IMG/VR virus record: IMGVR_UViG_3300021093_000101
Span: 1 to 53,949 of that record
Source: a virus
Taxonomy: Duplodnaviria > Caudoviricetes
Length of the DNA: 53,949 bases
Reading direction: 5' to 3' (one strand)
Shown: piece after piece, positions 39,530 through 47,783 of the stretch
Layout: the number at the start of each line of letters is the position of its first letter
Position numbering within the stretch: the stretch's first letter is position 1
Translations under genes and position numbers: made by a program
The notes under the pieces: generated by a model
What the model was told of the DNA's origin: nothing
Seen by the model: the letters and a program-made list of their open reading frames with translations, nothing else
Databases searched by the model: none

Positions 39530-40723
39530 TCAGCGCTCCTTAGAGACGGAGAGGGGGTTTTTCCAAGCGTTCTGCAGCTTTTCCATATAGGAAGCAGGAG
39601 CAGAAGCAGGAGTGGCGATGGAAGCAACGGCTTTGCGAAGCTCATCAGTGGTGGCAGAGTCGCTGCGAGGAGCAGCTTCGGCCAGAGTGTCAAACATGGC
39701 AGTCACATAATCGTCGGAACGCTCCGACAGATCAGCATCGCCACGAACGGCCTTGATAGAGGCTTCCATGATCTCACGGGCAGTTTTGCCAGCAAAATCA
39801 AAAGCCGAATCAAGAGAAGGACGAGCTTTGTCAATCAGAGCAATGCGCTCTTCAACAAGGCTGTCCACGTTGACTTGCTCAGCAGCGTCAAGCTCTTGCT
39901 TAAGGCTTGCCACCTCTTCAGCGAGGGCATCGGCGCGGCCTTCGGCAGCGTCGCATTTGCCTTGCATTTCTTTTTGCATGGCGTCCATTTCTTCCTTCAT
40001 TTTGGAAGCTTCGGACATCATGGCATCGTACTTTTTCTTCATGTCCTCGTAAGACATGCGGGCGTCGTCGCGTTCTTTAGTGATCGCCAGAGCTACGCTC
40101 TCGCTCACTTCAAACTCGGCGCCATCAAAATTGACCTTTGCAGTCATAGATGGTTCCTCAATGGTGGGAATCAGTGAAGGATCAGCAGCATCTAGACGAT
40201 CTAGATGAAGCTTCACTTGCGGGCCTGCGCGGCCCCGACGAACAACGGCCACGTGATTACCATTAATGGCACGTTGAATGCCATCGTAGTTCTCGCCGCC
40301 GTCAGTGACGCCAGGCGTAGGATCGTAATCAACCCTGTAGCCAGCGCTGACCTCCTTTGCATCTCCCCGCATAATGCGTGCAATAGCTTCTTGATCAGTA
40401 ATGGTCATGACGGCACGGACAAAGCCGTTGTCATAAACAATTTCTGAGCCAGTGAAGCCCACTTGATAGTCCTTTGTATTGGCGCTATCTAGTAGTACGG
40501 GAGGATGCTCAAAGGTGATTGCTTTGCCCGCAAATGAGGCCAAGCTTTCGGGAGACGCCACTTCTGTTTCAGGACGATATTCACGCCTAATGGAACCATC
40601 GGCATCGGTGTAATGTTGTACACCAGTGCGAGCAATGGTTGCCCAAGCACGAAGATAACCCTCAGGGGTTAGCTCGTACTTGTCAATGGGCGCGATGTCG
40701 TAACGAAAACATGTGTCGCTCAT
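39530..40723 (-). CDS. prohead protease-scaffold (DUF2213)
   Basis: TPEGYL...ARTGVQ.Y, T.EHP, EVSAGY, NHVAVV.RGRAG; coiled-coil scaffold C-terminal half. Confidence 0.9.
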   Translation of the reverse strand: MSDTCFRYDIAPIDKYELTPEGYLRAWATIARTGVQHYTDADGSIRREYRPETEVASPESLASFAGKAITFEHPPVLLDSANTKDYQVGFTGSEIVYDNGFVRAVMTITDQEAIARIMRGDAKEVSAGYRVDYDPTPGVTDGGENYDGIQRAINGNHVAVVRRGRAGPQVKLHLDRLDAADPSLIPTIEEPSMTAKVNFDGAEFEVSESVALAITKERDDARMSYEDMKKKYDAMMSEASKMKEEMDAMQKEMQGKCDAAEGRADALAEEVASLKQELDAAEQVNVDSLVEERIALIDKARPSLDSAFDFAGKTAREIMEASIKAVRGDADLSERSDDYVTAMFDTLAEAAPRSDSATTDELRKAVASIATPASAPASYMEKLQNAWKNPLSVSKER

Positions 40724-40784
40724 ATATTAAAAATAACAAAATAAATGTATTAAACTACGATTCTTGTTCCATAGGTGAAACACC

Positions 40785-41087
40785 GTGCGTCATTTGCTCA
40801 ATAGCACGACCAATGTTCTCAACATGCCTCACCTAGAGCGACGCATGCTTGTGGCTCAGCGCATGAAGGAGGCGCGTTTACATAGCGGCATGTCACAAAG
40901 AGACATTGCCAAAGAACTACACATTGGAGCAGCCACTTACTGCCGCATGGAAAGAGGAGAAAGCGAGCCGTCAGCAGTGCAAATTACGACACTCAGTGGT
41001 CTCTATGGAGTGACGGTGCTGTGGCTTCTTGGTCTGCCTAATTTCGTCGTAACTGTTGATCAATCCTCTTCATCGTCATCGTCTTGA
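40785..41087 (+). CDS. XRE-family HTH regulator
   Basis: RMKEAR...MSQ.DIA..L.I...TY.R.ERG..EP...L..LYGV...WLLG. Confidence 0.85.
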   Translation: MRHLLNSTTNVLNMPHLERRMLVAQRMKEARLHSGMSQRDIAKELHIGAATYCRMERGESEPSAVQITTLSGLYGVTVLWLLGLPNFVVTVDQSSSSSSS

Positions 41088-41371
41088 AGCCCTTCAAGCT
41101 GATTCTCAATGCCAGTCATTACATAAGATTTGGCAATGGCTTCAGCTTCAAAAACAAGCATTTTCACAGGATCAAAATACTCATGGGGCTTGTCATAGCT
41201 ATTCACAACAAAAATGTGAGTTTCATCTAGTCGCCCATTCTTAAAATGCTGCTCCTCGACTAGCCGCCAATTGGAAGTGTCACGATGTTCGTGAGCAGAA
41301 AGAATGCACAGCGCCTTCATCACGCCAATGCCATCTTCCTCATCTTCAATAACGCGCACGTATTCGCTCAC
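41060..41371 (-). CDS. hypothetical acidic protein
   Basis: 103-aa ORF with GTGA coupling to the upstream ORF. Confidence 0.7.
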   Translation of the reverse strand: MSEYVRVIEDEEDGIGVMKALCILSAHEHRDTSNWRLVEEQHFKNGRLDETHIFVVNSYDKPHEYFDPVKMLVFEAEAIAKSYVMTGIENQLEGLQDDDDEED

Positions 41372-41721
41372 TGTTCCTTATTGCGACTTTCCACCATTGT
41401 AATGATGCGATTAGCCCACGCCCTGCCTGCATCTCCGCCCCATAGAAGCCATGCAATGTAACCAGCATCATTTTCGCCACCGCTTTTATTCTTTTCGTGA
41501 CGAGAAAAGAATGCCGCCATTCGTTTAATCGTCGCATAGCTGATTTTGCTACCACCGGCTAAATCACCAGCCCGCGCCACTCCACTGCCAATGCCCTGCT
41601 TGCCAGCTTCTTGGGTGGTCAAACCACCTTTGCCATGTTTCTTGCGAAGTTCAAGGCCGCGACGCGCTGCAGACCTTACAGACGATGGAGGGGCGAATGA
41701 TTCAGCGTCGCCCCTCAATCC
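41368..41721 (-). CDS. basic head-region domain, probably expressed by -1 frameshift from the DUF6496-like ORF
   Basis: PP..VR..ARRGL...GG...G..RA...RM..FFSRH...AW.LWGGDAG..WA; no convincing own start. Confidence 0.7.
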   Translation of the reverse strand, partial: GLRGDAESFAPPSSVRSAARRGLELRKKHGKGGLTTQEAGKQGIGSGVARAGDLAGGSKISYATIKRMAAFFSRHEKNKSGGENDAGYIAWLLWGGDAGRAWANRIITMVESRNKEQ

Positions 41722-41969
41722 TTTCCCATGGAATCTTCCACTTCTTTTTCTTCCATTTCGTTTTCCTCTTCTTCGCCCATAATGGTCATGACATAGCTGT
41801 CCCAATATTCATCACTCTTTCCTTGGCGGCTCATGCCAGCTTCTGACAAAGCAATTGCAATTGCTTGCTTGCGATTTGTAACAGGCTTTTTATCGCTGCC
41901 CTTAAGGGTGCCAGCCTTAAATTCACGCATCACCTTGCGAACTTTGGCTTGCTTTTGCTTGCTAGTCAT
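41715..41969 (-). CDS. DUF6496-like small basic protein
   Basis: KVRKVMREFKAGTL......VTNRKQAIAIALSEA. Confidence 0.8.
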   Translation of the reverse strand: MTSKQKQAKVRKVMREFKAGTLKGSDKKPVTNRKQAIAIALSEAGMSRQGKSDEYWDSYVMTIMGEEEENEMEEKEVEDSMGKD

Positions 41970-41973
41970 GATC

Positions 41974-42690
41974 CTATGGGAAAAAAGTAATGGGCGCTGT
42001 TTCAATATTAACGCCTGGCCACACTTTGCCTCGATGCAAAATTAATGCAGTCATCACGCGCTCGGCTAAGAAAGAAATATAACGACAGTTATATCCTTCA
42101 ATTTGCATAATTTGCTTTTGATGGTTGTCCCAAATAGGCCACATACAGTCAAGAAGCGTTTGCATAATTTCGCAATAGTTTGCATGGTACCCTCGCGCCA
42201 TGATATGACCAAAGAAAACATTCTGATTGAATGCTTGTTCAAGATCAGTGCGGGAAATTGGCATGAAGCCTTTGTCAGCCGCCCATAAAGCAGCTTCGAT
42301 GCCATTCATGCCTTCATGCCCTTCACGGTATTGACGGGCGATGGAAAAAGGAAAGTTGACAGGCTCTGGAATATAAACCGTATCTTCCTTAGAAGGTTCT
42401 AATGCTTCATCGCTCCATTGCCTGCGATATTGAGCATTGCCAATAAATTCATCAGTGGCATTATTAATAAGCCAATAAATACCAGTGAGTTCTGACCACC
42501 ATTTGTTATACGACGAAATATTGTGACCAGCATTGTCCAAAAGCCATCCCGCATGATTTAATTGCAATTGTTCTGCCATGGAAAGATTTTCAGCCCCTAA
42601 TTTCATCCAATACAAAGAAGCGGAGGAGGAATAGCGAGGTTCATTGTCTCCATGACACATCACATAGAGATGGTGATCTTCAGCTTTCAT
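41974..42690 (-). CDS. DUF4422-like glycosyltransferase
   Basis: NIS.YN.WWSELTGIYW, IG..QYRR and R...FLAER motifs. Confidence 0.75.
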   Translation of the reverse strand: MKAEDHHLYVMCHGDNEPRYSSSASLYWMKLGAENLSMAEQLQLNHAGWLLDNAGHNISSYNKWWSELTGIYWLINNATDEFIGNAQYRRQWSDEALEPSKEDTVYIPEPVNFPFSIARQYREGHEGMNGIEAALWAADKGFMPISRTDLEQAFNQNVFFGHIMARGYHANYCEIMQTLLDCMWPIWDNHQKQIMQIEGYNCRYISFLAERVMTALILHRGKVWPGVNIETAPITFFP

Positions 42691-43399
42691 AAACCTGCCT
42701 CGCCGCCCATAGTTCGTTGTAATTGTTCACGCCTTTGGCTCCCACGCCAGTCAAATCGCCGCCACCAGAAGGCTTGCTCCATGCAAAAATGGTGCCATCG
42801 GGCAGCACAAATGCACGATTTTTTTGTTGATGAGTGGGAGTGAGTTCAAGATAGTCGCCATAAATAAAATCAGCATCGCCTCCGTTCATGGCCAATGCCT
42901 GTCCGAGCAACGTAGGACCAGTGGGGCACAGTGGAGTAATGCCATAGTATTTTTCTTGACAATTGCCGACAATTAAATCAATTGCATTTTGCAGGGCAAA
43001 GTTATTAGGTTTTGAATAGAGAACAGTGGTAGCGCACGCCCAACTGGTATAACTAAAACGTTGAATGTCTCTAAATGCAAGCCATTTAATTCTGTCGCCA
43101 AGCTCTACTGGCGTAACGCAACGAATAGCAATATCAAAATACCATCCGCCAAGTTTATTGAGAAGACAAAATCTTCCTAAATCAGCCTTGTAAGAATAGG
43201 GCCGAAGCGAATCATAAGCTTCAACCACAGAAGAACAATAATTGTCTGCAATAAATTGGCGAAGCGTGGTTTTGTCGTAAATGGTATGCGTGGCATTTGG
43301 AAACGCTTGTTTAATAGTGCCAGTGGCGTATTGAAGAAAAGGAGAGAGCGATTGATCTTCGCTATCAGAAAGATAAATTTGTGAAATGTGCATGATCAA
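42680..43399 (-). CDS. glycosyltransferase, GT32/DXD sugar-binding family
   Basis: YKADLGRFCLL..LGGWYFD and PTGP.LLG motifs. Confidence 0.85.
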   Translation of the reverse strand: MIMHISQIYLSDSEDQSLSPFLQYATGTIKQAFPNATHTIYDKTTLRQFIADNYCSSVVEAYDSLRPYSYKADLGRFCLLNKLGGWYFDIAIRCVTPVELGDRIKWLAFRDIQRFSYTSWACATTVLYSKPNNFALQNAIDLIVGNCQEKYYGITPLCPTGPTLLGQALAMNGGDADFIYGDYLELTPTHQQKNRAFVLPDGTIFAWSKPSGGGDLTGVGAKGVNNYNELWAARQVYES

Positions 43400-44616
43400 T
43401 CAATGCGAGCGGGAGTGCCAAAACCTTTAAATTCTTTTTGTTTAGTGGTCGCCAATGTACGCTCCACTGCTTTCAGCATTTGCTTGGTGACGTAAGGCCA
43501 AGTGAATGGCTTTTCATGCACGCGATTAAAACACCACTGCCCTGCCTTCGCCAATTCATCGCGGTTTGCATAGTACCAATCCAAAATGTCGCAAAGACTT
43601 TCGGGCGATGCTTGACCGCGCTCTAGTCCATAGTTTCTATCAGTTTCCCAGCTTTCAATGGCAATGCGAGGAATGTCATGAAAAATTTCTTTCAAGCTTG
43701 TATGGTCGGGAACAATTTGAGCCACGCCAGTTGCGGCATGTTCAGTGTTTACAAGCCCCCAACCCTCACCTAGACAAGTATTGATGCCCACGTCTGCAGC
43801 ATTGTACACTTCGTTAAGTTTTTCAACAGGAAGGCAATTATGAGTGGAGAATTGTGGGCTACTAAGAATAAGTTTGCCAGTTGGGTCGTAGCCTTTATCG
43901 CGAGCCACTCGCTTAAACAACGGAACAATTTCCCATCCCATATCTTTGGCGCCCATATTGAGCCATAGGCGAGCATCTGGCTTATCTTTTGCAAATTGAA
44001 CGAAGCCTTTGATGGTTAAATCAATGCGCTTGCGAGGCTGATTTCTGTTGCCATTGAAGACGATAAACACATCTTCTGGCACTCCCAAGCTCTTTCGGCA
44101 TTCATTCTTATCAATGGGAAAAAATTTAGTGAAATCAGTGCCGTGACCAATGATGTCAATTGGCTTGGTGTAGCCCATTTTTTCAAGCTCAAGCTTGCCA
44201 AATTCTGTGTAGGTGGCAAGTCCATCCCATTCGTTAATGCTCTCTAGAAGCTCCGGGAAAAGCCCGTAGCTGTCAATAGGAGTGTAGGTGAACCACTTAA
44301 AGCCAATGCTTTCCTGGAAGGGCTTAGCTGCTTTCCAGAGACTGATAGCGCACCAAATATCATTTGTCACCCACACCAAGTCGGGTTTAATAATTTGAAC
44401 TAGTTCGCCAATGCGATGAGAGCCAAACGGGTCGGAACCATGCACCATGGCTGGATACATTTTGCAATATTCGTGCATTGGCGTAGGGTCACCATGCCAA
44501 TTTACTGCGAGCACATGCACTTCATGCTCTTTTGCCAATGCGGGCAGAAGATATTCCGCCACTCGCCCAAAACCAGTTTGCACACTTGCGTCGCCGCAAT
44601 AAAGAATTTTGGCCAC
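43396..44616 (-). CDS. glycosyltransferase, GT-B/GT4 family
   Basis: TGFGRV, NRNQPRKRID, YNAAD.....GEGWGL...E motifs. Confidence 0.88.
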   Translation of the reverse strand: MAKILYCGDASVQTGFGRVAEYLLPALAKEHEVHVLAVNWHGDPTPMHEYCKMYPAMVHGSDPFGSHRIGELVQIIKPDLVWVTNDIWCAISLWKAAKPFQESIGFKWFTYTPIDSYGLFPELLESINEWDGLATYTEFGKLELEKMGYTKPIDIIGHGTDFTKFFPIDKNECRKSLGVPEDVFIVFNGNRNQPRKRIDLTIKGFVQFAKDKPDARLWLNMGAKDMGWEIVPLFKRVARDKGYDPTGKLILSSPQFSTHNCLPVEKLNEVYNAADVGINTCLGEGWGLVNTEHAATGVAQIVPDHTSLKEIFHDIPRIAIESWETDRNYGLERGQASPESLCDILDWYYANRDELAKAGQWCFNRVHEKPFTWPYVTKQMLKAVERTLATTKQKEFKGFGTPARID

Positions 44617-44677
44617 AAAACCATTAAAGCTTGCTCAATAATACAAGGCTTTTAGACTGTGGCAAAGGGAAGGCGAC

Positions 44678-45658
44678 ATGCGCATCGCAATTATTGGCGC
44701 GGGATGGACTGGCTGTCATTTAGCGGCAACGCTCATGAAGGAGCATGAAATTATCCTTATTGATAAGGAAGGGCAGCCTTTTTGCGGCACGTCACAAATC
44801 AATCAAAATCGCTTGCATCTTGGTTATCACTACGCCAGGAATAAAGCCACCCGAGATATGTGCCGCAATACATTTGCTCGATTTATGCAGGATTATGGCC
44901 ACCTAACGGATGGCATGAACAATAATTTCTATGCCGTGCCGCAAAACGAAAGTTTGTTGGACTATGGCACCATTGCTCAAATTTTTAGCGATGGTTGGGA
45001 GCATGAGGAGGTAAGCGCTTCGTTTCTTTTGCAGACAGAAGCCGTCATTCGCACGCAAGAGCGCTTCATCTCGCCATTGGCGGCACAGCGCTTTTTTGCC
45101 GACTTGCTAAAAGATGTGCTTTGGCAAGAAGATATTAAGCAAAGTGATATTAATGGATTAAAAGAAAAATATGATTTAGTGCTGGACTGCACAAACAATA
45201 CTTTGCTTCGTCCTTTGCACAATGACTATTTTGAAACAGTGGCAATGTTTCTCTATAGCAAGAAGAAGACTTTGCCCTTTGACGCCCTCACTTATATTGA
45301 CGGCCCATTGTTCTCTTTCTATCCCTACGAGCACGGTTTAGTTTCTTTTAGCCACGTAGAGGATAGCATCATTGATGCGGCCAAAATGCCCATTGCTTGC
45401 TATCCATGCAGCACCACTAAGCTGAAGCAGGCAAGAGAAAGGGCTGAACTGCATGCAAGACTTTACTGGCCATCTATGAATGATTACTTGTCTTACGAAG
45501 AAACAGTGGTATCAATGAAAAGTAAGCGAGCAAATGCCAGCGCTTATAGGGCTCCGTTATTTCGCCAGCAAGATAATTTGCTCTCCATTTTTACAGGCAA
45601 AATTCAAGGCATTTATGCCATTGAAGAGCGCGTAAGGCAAACCATTCAAGGCTTATAA
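44678..45658 (+). CDS. FAD-dependent oxidoreductase
   Basis: IAIIGAGWTG Rossmann motif, NQNRLHLGYHY, GKI near the C-terminus. Confidence 0.85.
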   Translation: MRIAIIGAGWTGCHLAATLMKEHEIILIDKEGQPFCGTSQINQNRLHLGYHYARNKATRDMCRNTFARFMQDYGHLTDGMNNNFYAVPQNESLLDYGTIAQIFSDGWEHEEVSASFLLQTEAVIRTQERFISPLAAQRFFADLLKDVLWQEDIKQSDINGLKEKYDLVLDCTNNTLLRPLHNDYFETVAMFLYSKKKTLPFDALTYIDGPLFSFYPYEHGLVSFSHVEDSIIDAAKMPIACYPCSTTKLKQARERAELHARLYWPSMNDYLSYEETVVSMKSKRANASAYRAPLFRQQDNLLSIFTGKIQGIYAIEERVRQTIQGL

Positions 45659-46362
45659 ATTTCAGCAAAAAGATGATATTCGCCTGGATGTCGCTGACAG
45701 TGCAACAATTCGCGCACCACTGCTTGCGAATAACCACTACTTCTTAATGCGCTAGCAAAATTAATATGATCGTCATCTTCAACGATGCGACCAATGTCTT
45801 TATCACTTACATGCACATGGGCAATATATGGAAAGTAACCGTACAACACATCAGCGGGGCATTGATCTTCTAACCATGAATTAGAAGTGTCGATCATGGT
45901 ACGCACTGCCTTAAATTGATATGGAAGTATGGCTTCTACGATTTCGCTAACTGTAAAAAAATAATTTCCCCCATAATGTCTCGCAATTGGTTCAATGCAA
46001 ATGATGGTATTGTTTTCCGCAAAATCATCGTCAAATTTCTTTAATACGCTTAGCAATGTATGGTAACTACCTTTACGCAGGCCGGGACTGCCGAGAACCA
46101 TGCGCTGTAAATGCAAGCGCTGTGCACATTCTAAAAGCCATTTGAAATGTTTTTCCAAGTTGCAAGTATCGGTGAAAGAGTCAATGGGGACGCCCCAAAA
46201 CAATGATTGAGCTGAATAAATTTGCAAATAACCAGTAAATAACTGTTGGCGCCGCGCCGGTACAACTTCCAAAAGCTCAATGCCATCAGGAAGATGCAAC
46301 AATACTTCGCTTTGATTTTCAGGCTCCCACCCGATGGCGCTAATTCCGAGTTTCATCGACAA
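45646..46362 (-). CDS. sugar phosphate isomerase/epimerase (xylose-isomerase-like TIM barrel)
   Basis: LGISAIGW, VLGSP..R, IEP...YG, DT, HVHVSD motifs. Confidence 0.8.
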   Translation of the reverse strand: MSMKLGISAIGWEPENQSEVLLHLPDGIELLEVVPARRQQLFTGYLQIYSAQSLFWGVPIDSFTDTCNLEKHFKWLLECAQRLHLQRMVLGSPGLRKGSYHTLLSVLKKFDDDFAENNTIICIEPIARHYGGNYFFTVSEIVEAILPYQFKAVRTMIDTSNSWLEDQCPADVLYGYFPYIAHVHVSDKDIGRIVEDDDHINFASALRSSGYSQAVVRELLHCQRHPGEYHLFAEIYKP

Positions 46363-47089
46363 ATTCCTTAATTCCCTTTAAAGATGATTGGGCGTCGCAG
46401 ATATAGCCAGTGGGAGAAAAAATTGTGCGGTAGTCGTAGCGCACTGTCTGGCCGTAATTTACTTTGTCAATATACTCTGGAAAACATTCCTTCAAGAGAA
46501 TAGTGGTATCCAATGGTTCGGGGAATAAATTAATAACGCGATTGGCAGGTGCATTTTGCGTGTCTTCCCAAAGATGATTTAAGTTGTACCATTGATAAAA
46601 AGAATTGCCATTAATTTTGTCAATGTTATTGTCGTTAATTAAGTCAAATAAGATGTTCTTTTTGATGAGGCGATGGAAAAGAGCGGGCAGGCGAATGATT
46701 GTCACTTCTTTGATGGACAATGGCCTCACTAGCATTTCAAACAAAAAGCGATTACTCCCATAGTCCACCCCGTTCATGCGCGGGAAATACCTTTCATCCA
46801 CTAATAATGGCGAGTGCAAATATACGTCAATGGTGGAATAGACAAAAACTTTTCTCGCCTGTGCACGTTGAAGTACGCTGACAATATTGATAATATTTTC
46901 CAGATCGGCCAGTGGCTGTTGATTTACCTTCCATTTTGCTGCTGGCAGGCAAGCTAGATATAAAGCATCAATGTATGGACAAACAGCAGGTAGCTCTTCA
47001 ATATTTTGCGAATTGAAGCAATAATCAAAACCAGTCTGTTCGCGCAGCACTGAGCCGATTAAGCCCGTGCTTCCCACCAGAACCTTCAT
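46340..47089 (-). CDS. NAD-dependent epimerase/dehydratase-like protein
   Basis: LVGSTGLIG, PAAKW..N, STIDVY, YG.NR, RLPALF, KKN..FDL motifs. Confidence 0.8.
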   Translation of the reverse strand: MKVLVGSTGLIGSVLREQTGFDYCFNSQNIEELPAVCPYIDALYLACLPAAKWKVNQQPLADLENIINIVSVLQRAQARKVFVYSTIDVYLHSPLLVDERYFPRMNGVDYGSNRFLFEMLVRPLSIKEVTIIRLPALFHRLIKKNILFDLINDNNIDKINGNSFYQWYNLNHLWEDTQNAPANRVINLFPEPLDTTILLKECFPEYIDKVNYGQTVRYDYRTIFSPTGYICDAQSSLKGIKEFVDETRN

Positions 47090-47105
47090 GCCAAATCAGC
47101 AATGG

Positions 47106-47783
47106 TCACACTATAACGGCGGGAGCTTGTTGGCGAAAGTATTCAACTGAACACTTGCATCTAGCTCTGCATGCACATCGCTGTCCCGGCATAGGGAGGC
47201 TTCCAATAGGGACGATTCCACGAGCGGCATAGTCCAAACAATCTTGACAATGCTGCGCCTGTGCGTCTAATTTGCGTCGCATGAGAGAGAATCCTCGTTC
47301 TTGTTCACGAAGTTCTGTTCCCTGCCAGTAAGAACCACGAACGCTTTGAGCATATAAGCCAATGCGAGCCATAGCCATGGGAGTAGAAACGCGGCTAGAA
47401 AGCAAATCGCGAACAAAATTTTGAAGATAACCATATTCCAAACGAAGCCTTTGACCAATACGACCAAATTCTGCACTTCCCATAGTCTCTCTTCCGCCAT
47501 AGCCAATAATTGCTGCTTGAATATGAGCGCTTTTAATTGCTTCGCGGACACTCCCTTGCCATTGATCAAGCGTAATTTGGCCATCACTCAGCATGCGCGT
47601 ATAGCGCTTTAACAAGCTTTCCAGTTTATCAATGCGCTTATCCACCAATTGGCCAACTGAAGCCTTGCTTAAAAATTTGCCGCGCTCATCTCGGTAACGA
47701 CCAGTAATACGGTCATAAGACCAGGCAGCGTCCATTCTCGCGGACAACACTGCCTGTCTAAATGAAGACAAATCATTCAGCAT
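47106..47783 (-). CDS. minor head protein (MuF-like)
   Basis: ATG at 47783 overlaps the portal end; HC.DC...PG..C.C...CKC C-terminus. Confidence 0.7.
   Translation of the reverse strand: MLNDLSSFRQAVLSARMDAAWSYDRITGRYRDERGKFLSKASVGQLVDKRIDKLESLLKRYTRMLSDGQITLDQWQGSVREAIKSAHIQAAIIGYGGRETMGSAEFGRIGQRLRLEYGYLQNFVRDLLSSRVSTPMAMARIGLYAQSVRGSYWQGTELREQERGFSLMRRKLDAQAQHCQDCLDYAARGIVPIGSLPMPGQRCACRARCKCSVEYFRQQAPAVIV

Noticed and set aside
38055-40177. Long antisense ORFs (330 aa and 349 aa) opposite the capsid, decoration and protease genes
   Set aside because: Shadow ORFs expected from strong codon bias in highly expressed genes; no recognisable motifs.
41722-41805. Upstream part of track ORF 41368..41805 as a real N-terminus
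   Set aside because: It is the alternative frame of the DUF6496-like gene's acidic tail; the frameshift model explains the downstream domain better.
41974-41990. T TTT TTC slippery-like run at the end of the DUF4422-like gene
   Set aside because: The -1 frame stops within a few codons, no stimulatory hairpin is evident, and the next gene has its own ATG.
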